Shown piece after piece: positions 46,634 through 47,712 of a stretch of 47,712 bases of DNA. Both the position numbers and the translations under genes were made by a program. Below the pieces are notes generated by a model. It did no database searches. It worked only from the letters and a program-made list of their open reading frames with translations, and was not told the DNA's origin. Position 1 is the stretch's first letter. Each line of letters opens with the position of its first letter. Location: IMG/VR virus record IMGVR_UViG_3300030613_000016, positions 1 to 47,712 of that record, one strand, 5' to 3'. The DNA comes from a virus. Its lineage: Duplodnaviria > Caudoviricetes.

Positions 46634-47227
46634 TTATCCTAAATATTTTATTAAAGAAACTACTAATTCATTTGTTATCTTTATTAATTTAACGGGGTTT
46701 GTATAAGTAATAACCCATATATTATTATTTTCGTCTATTGTTATTGCTTTAGCATTATGAATTTCATCTCCATCTTTTTCTATATCTACTGAACTATCTA
46801 TGGTAGTATAAGCATAATAATATTTAAGTAATTTAGCCTTTTCTGTCGGTATTCCTGGAGCCAAAAAATAAATATAATTAAGTAAAATTACTACATCTAT
46901 AGAATTTTCTGTAACTGCAATTGGTTTAGTATAAGCCATATAACTAGATAATGGATTGGTTTTATTGTATCTCATACCTATATAATTAATTGAATCTATA
47001 GCTAAATAAATATATTCATCTGTAGAAGTAGTAATCATTTTATTTATTTTAGTAACATTATAAGATGTAGGTAATGTTAAATCATAATAAATTAATGTAG
47101 GGTCGAAATTACTTACTTTTCTTAATTTAGAAATTCCACTAGAAAGATAACCAATCCATAAATATTCGCCTTCTCTACATAATGCGGTAACTTCTCCATA
47201 ACTATCAGTTATTCTTTTTATAATCAT
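46634..47227 (-). CDS. beta-propeller-like virion protein
   Basis: YLWIG, YIYLA, AITIDENNNIWV blade-like repeats; start at MIIKR (47227) is more likely than 47317. Confidence 0.5.
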   Translation of the reverse strand: MIIKRITDSYGEVTALCREGEYLWIGYLSSGISKLRKVSNFDPTLIYYDLTLPTSYNVTKINKMITTSTDEYIYLAIDSINYIGMRYNKTNPLSSYMAYTKPIAVTENSIDVVILLNYIYFLAPGIPTEKAKLLKYYYAYTTIDSSVDIEKDGDEIHNAKAITIDENNNIWVITYTNPVKLIKITNELVVSLIKYLG

Positions 47228-47229
47228 TT

Positions 47230-47712
47230 TTAATTTGATGTATATTTTACTGCAAAAATTGGATGCTCTGTTGATGCTACTGTAAAATTTGCAGGTACTA
47301 TTACTTTTAATTGGCAATATAAATCTTTTGCTACTGTAAGTGCTCCATTTCCTCTATTTAATCTAAGAAAATGCCCATCTGAAGCTCCAGCAAGTTTACT
47401 TCCTACCCAATCAACACCTGGTGCAGTTCCATCAGTAGTTACAATTCCTCTCCACCAACTATCATCTTCATCTGCTTCGCCTAAACTATATAAATCTATA
47501 CTATCCATAGTATCATCATCCCATAATTCTAACATTGGTTCGGAGGCAGTTGCTGCATCAAAAGAAAAACAGAATACATACATTTTATCTTTATTACCCA
47601 TATTATGTATTTCTTTTAAAAGAACAGCACTTATATCAGCCAAAAAATAATGTGGTACTATAACATCTACAGTATCAATTATCACCCCGGCCTGATTTAA
47701 TGCTATTTCTGA
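47230..47712 (-). CDS. probable virion protein, 5' end outside the window
   Basis: Frame stays open to the window edge (SEIALNQAGVIID...). Confidence 0.55.
   Translation of the reverse strand, partial: SEIALNQAGVIIDTVDVIVPHYFLADISAVLLKEIHNMGNKDKMYVFCFSFDAATASEPMLELWDDDTMDSIDLYSLGEADEDDSWWRGIVTTDGTAPGVDWVGSKLAGASDGHFLRLNRGNGALTVAKDLYCQLKVIVPANFTVASTEHPIFAVKYTSN

Noticed and set aside
1-47712. Stop-codon reassignment
   Set aside because: Long conserved genes are intact in the standard code, and TGA/TAG act as stops in coupled junctions.

Overview
AT-rich fragment of a large, probably lytic, tailed dsDNA virus. The host is most likely bacterial, judging by AGGAG Shine-Dalgarno sites, RecA, peptide deformylase and bS21. 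Positions 1-39344 form a dense, translationally coupled + strand block. It carries replication and recombination genes (5'-3' exonuclease, primase-helicase, RecA, PolB, SbcCD, two resolvases), a terminase, host-takeover genes (bS21, PDF, ClpP, S2P protease), a LicD/TagD/GT2 cluster and about ten intact or decayed homing endonucleases. Positions 39339-47712 are a convergent - strand block of probable tail/virion genes. The standout is a Mom-family adenine-modification gene coupled to PolB whose 5' coding region contains, in frame, a complete CCA-ending tRNA-Gly(UCC) cloverleaf (21457-21531). This tRNA keeps glycine identity elements but has a non-canonical elbow, suggesting an enzyme that encodes its own dedicated glycyl donor. 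Also notable: SbcC split in two by an HNH gene with no room for an intron, a GC-rich structured in-frame insert in SbcD, a phosphoesterase lacking an ATG behind an HNH gene, and strong apparent GATC avoidance. All calls come from motif recognition by eye; no database searches were run.
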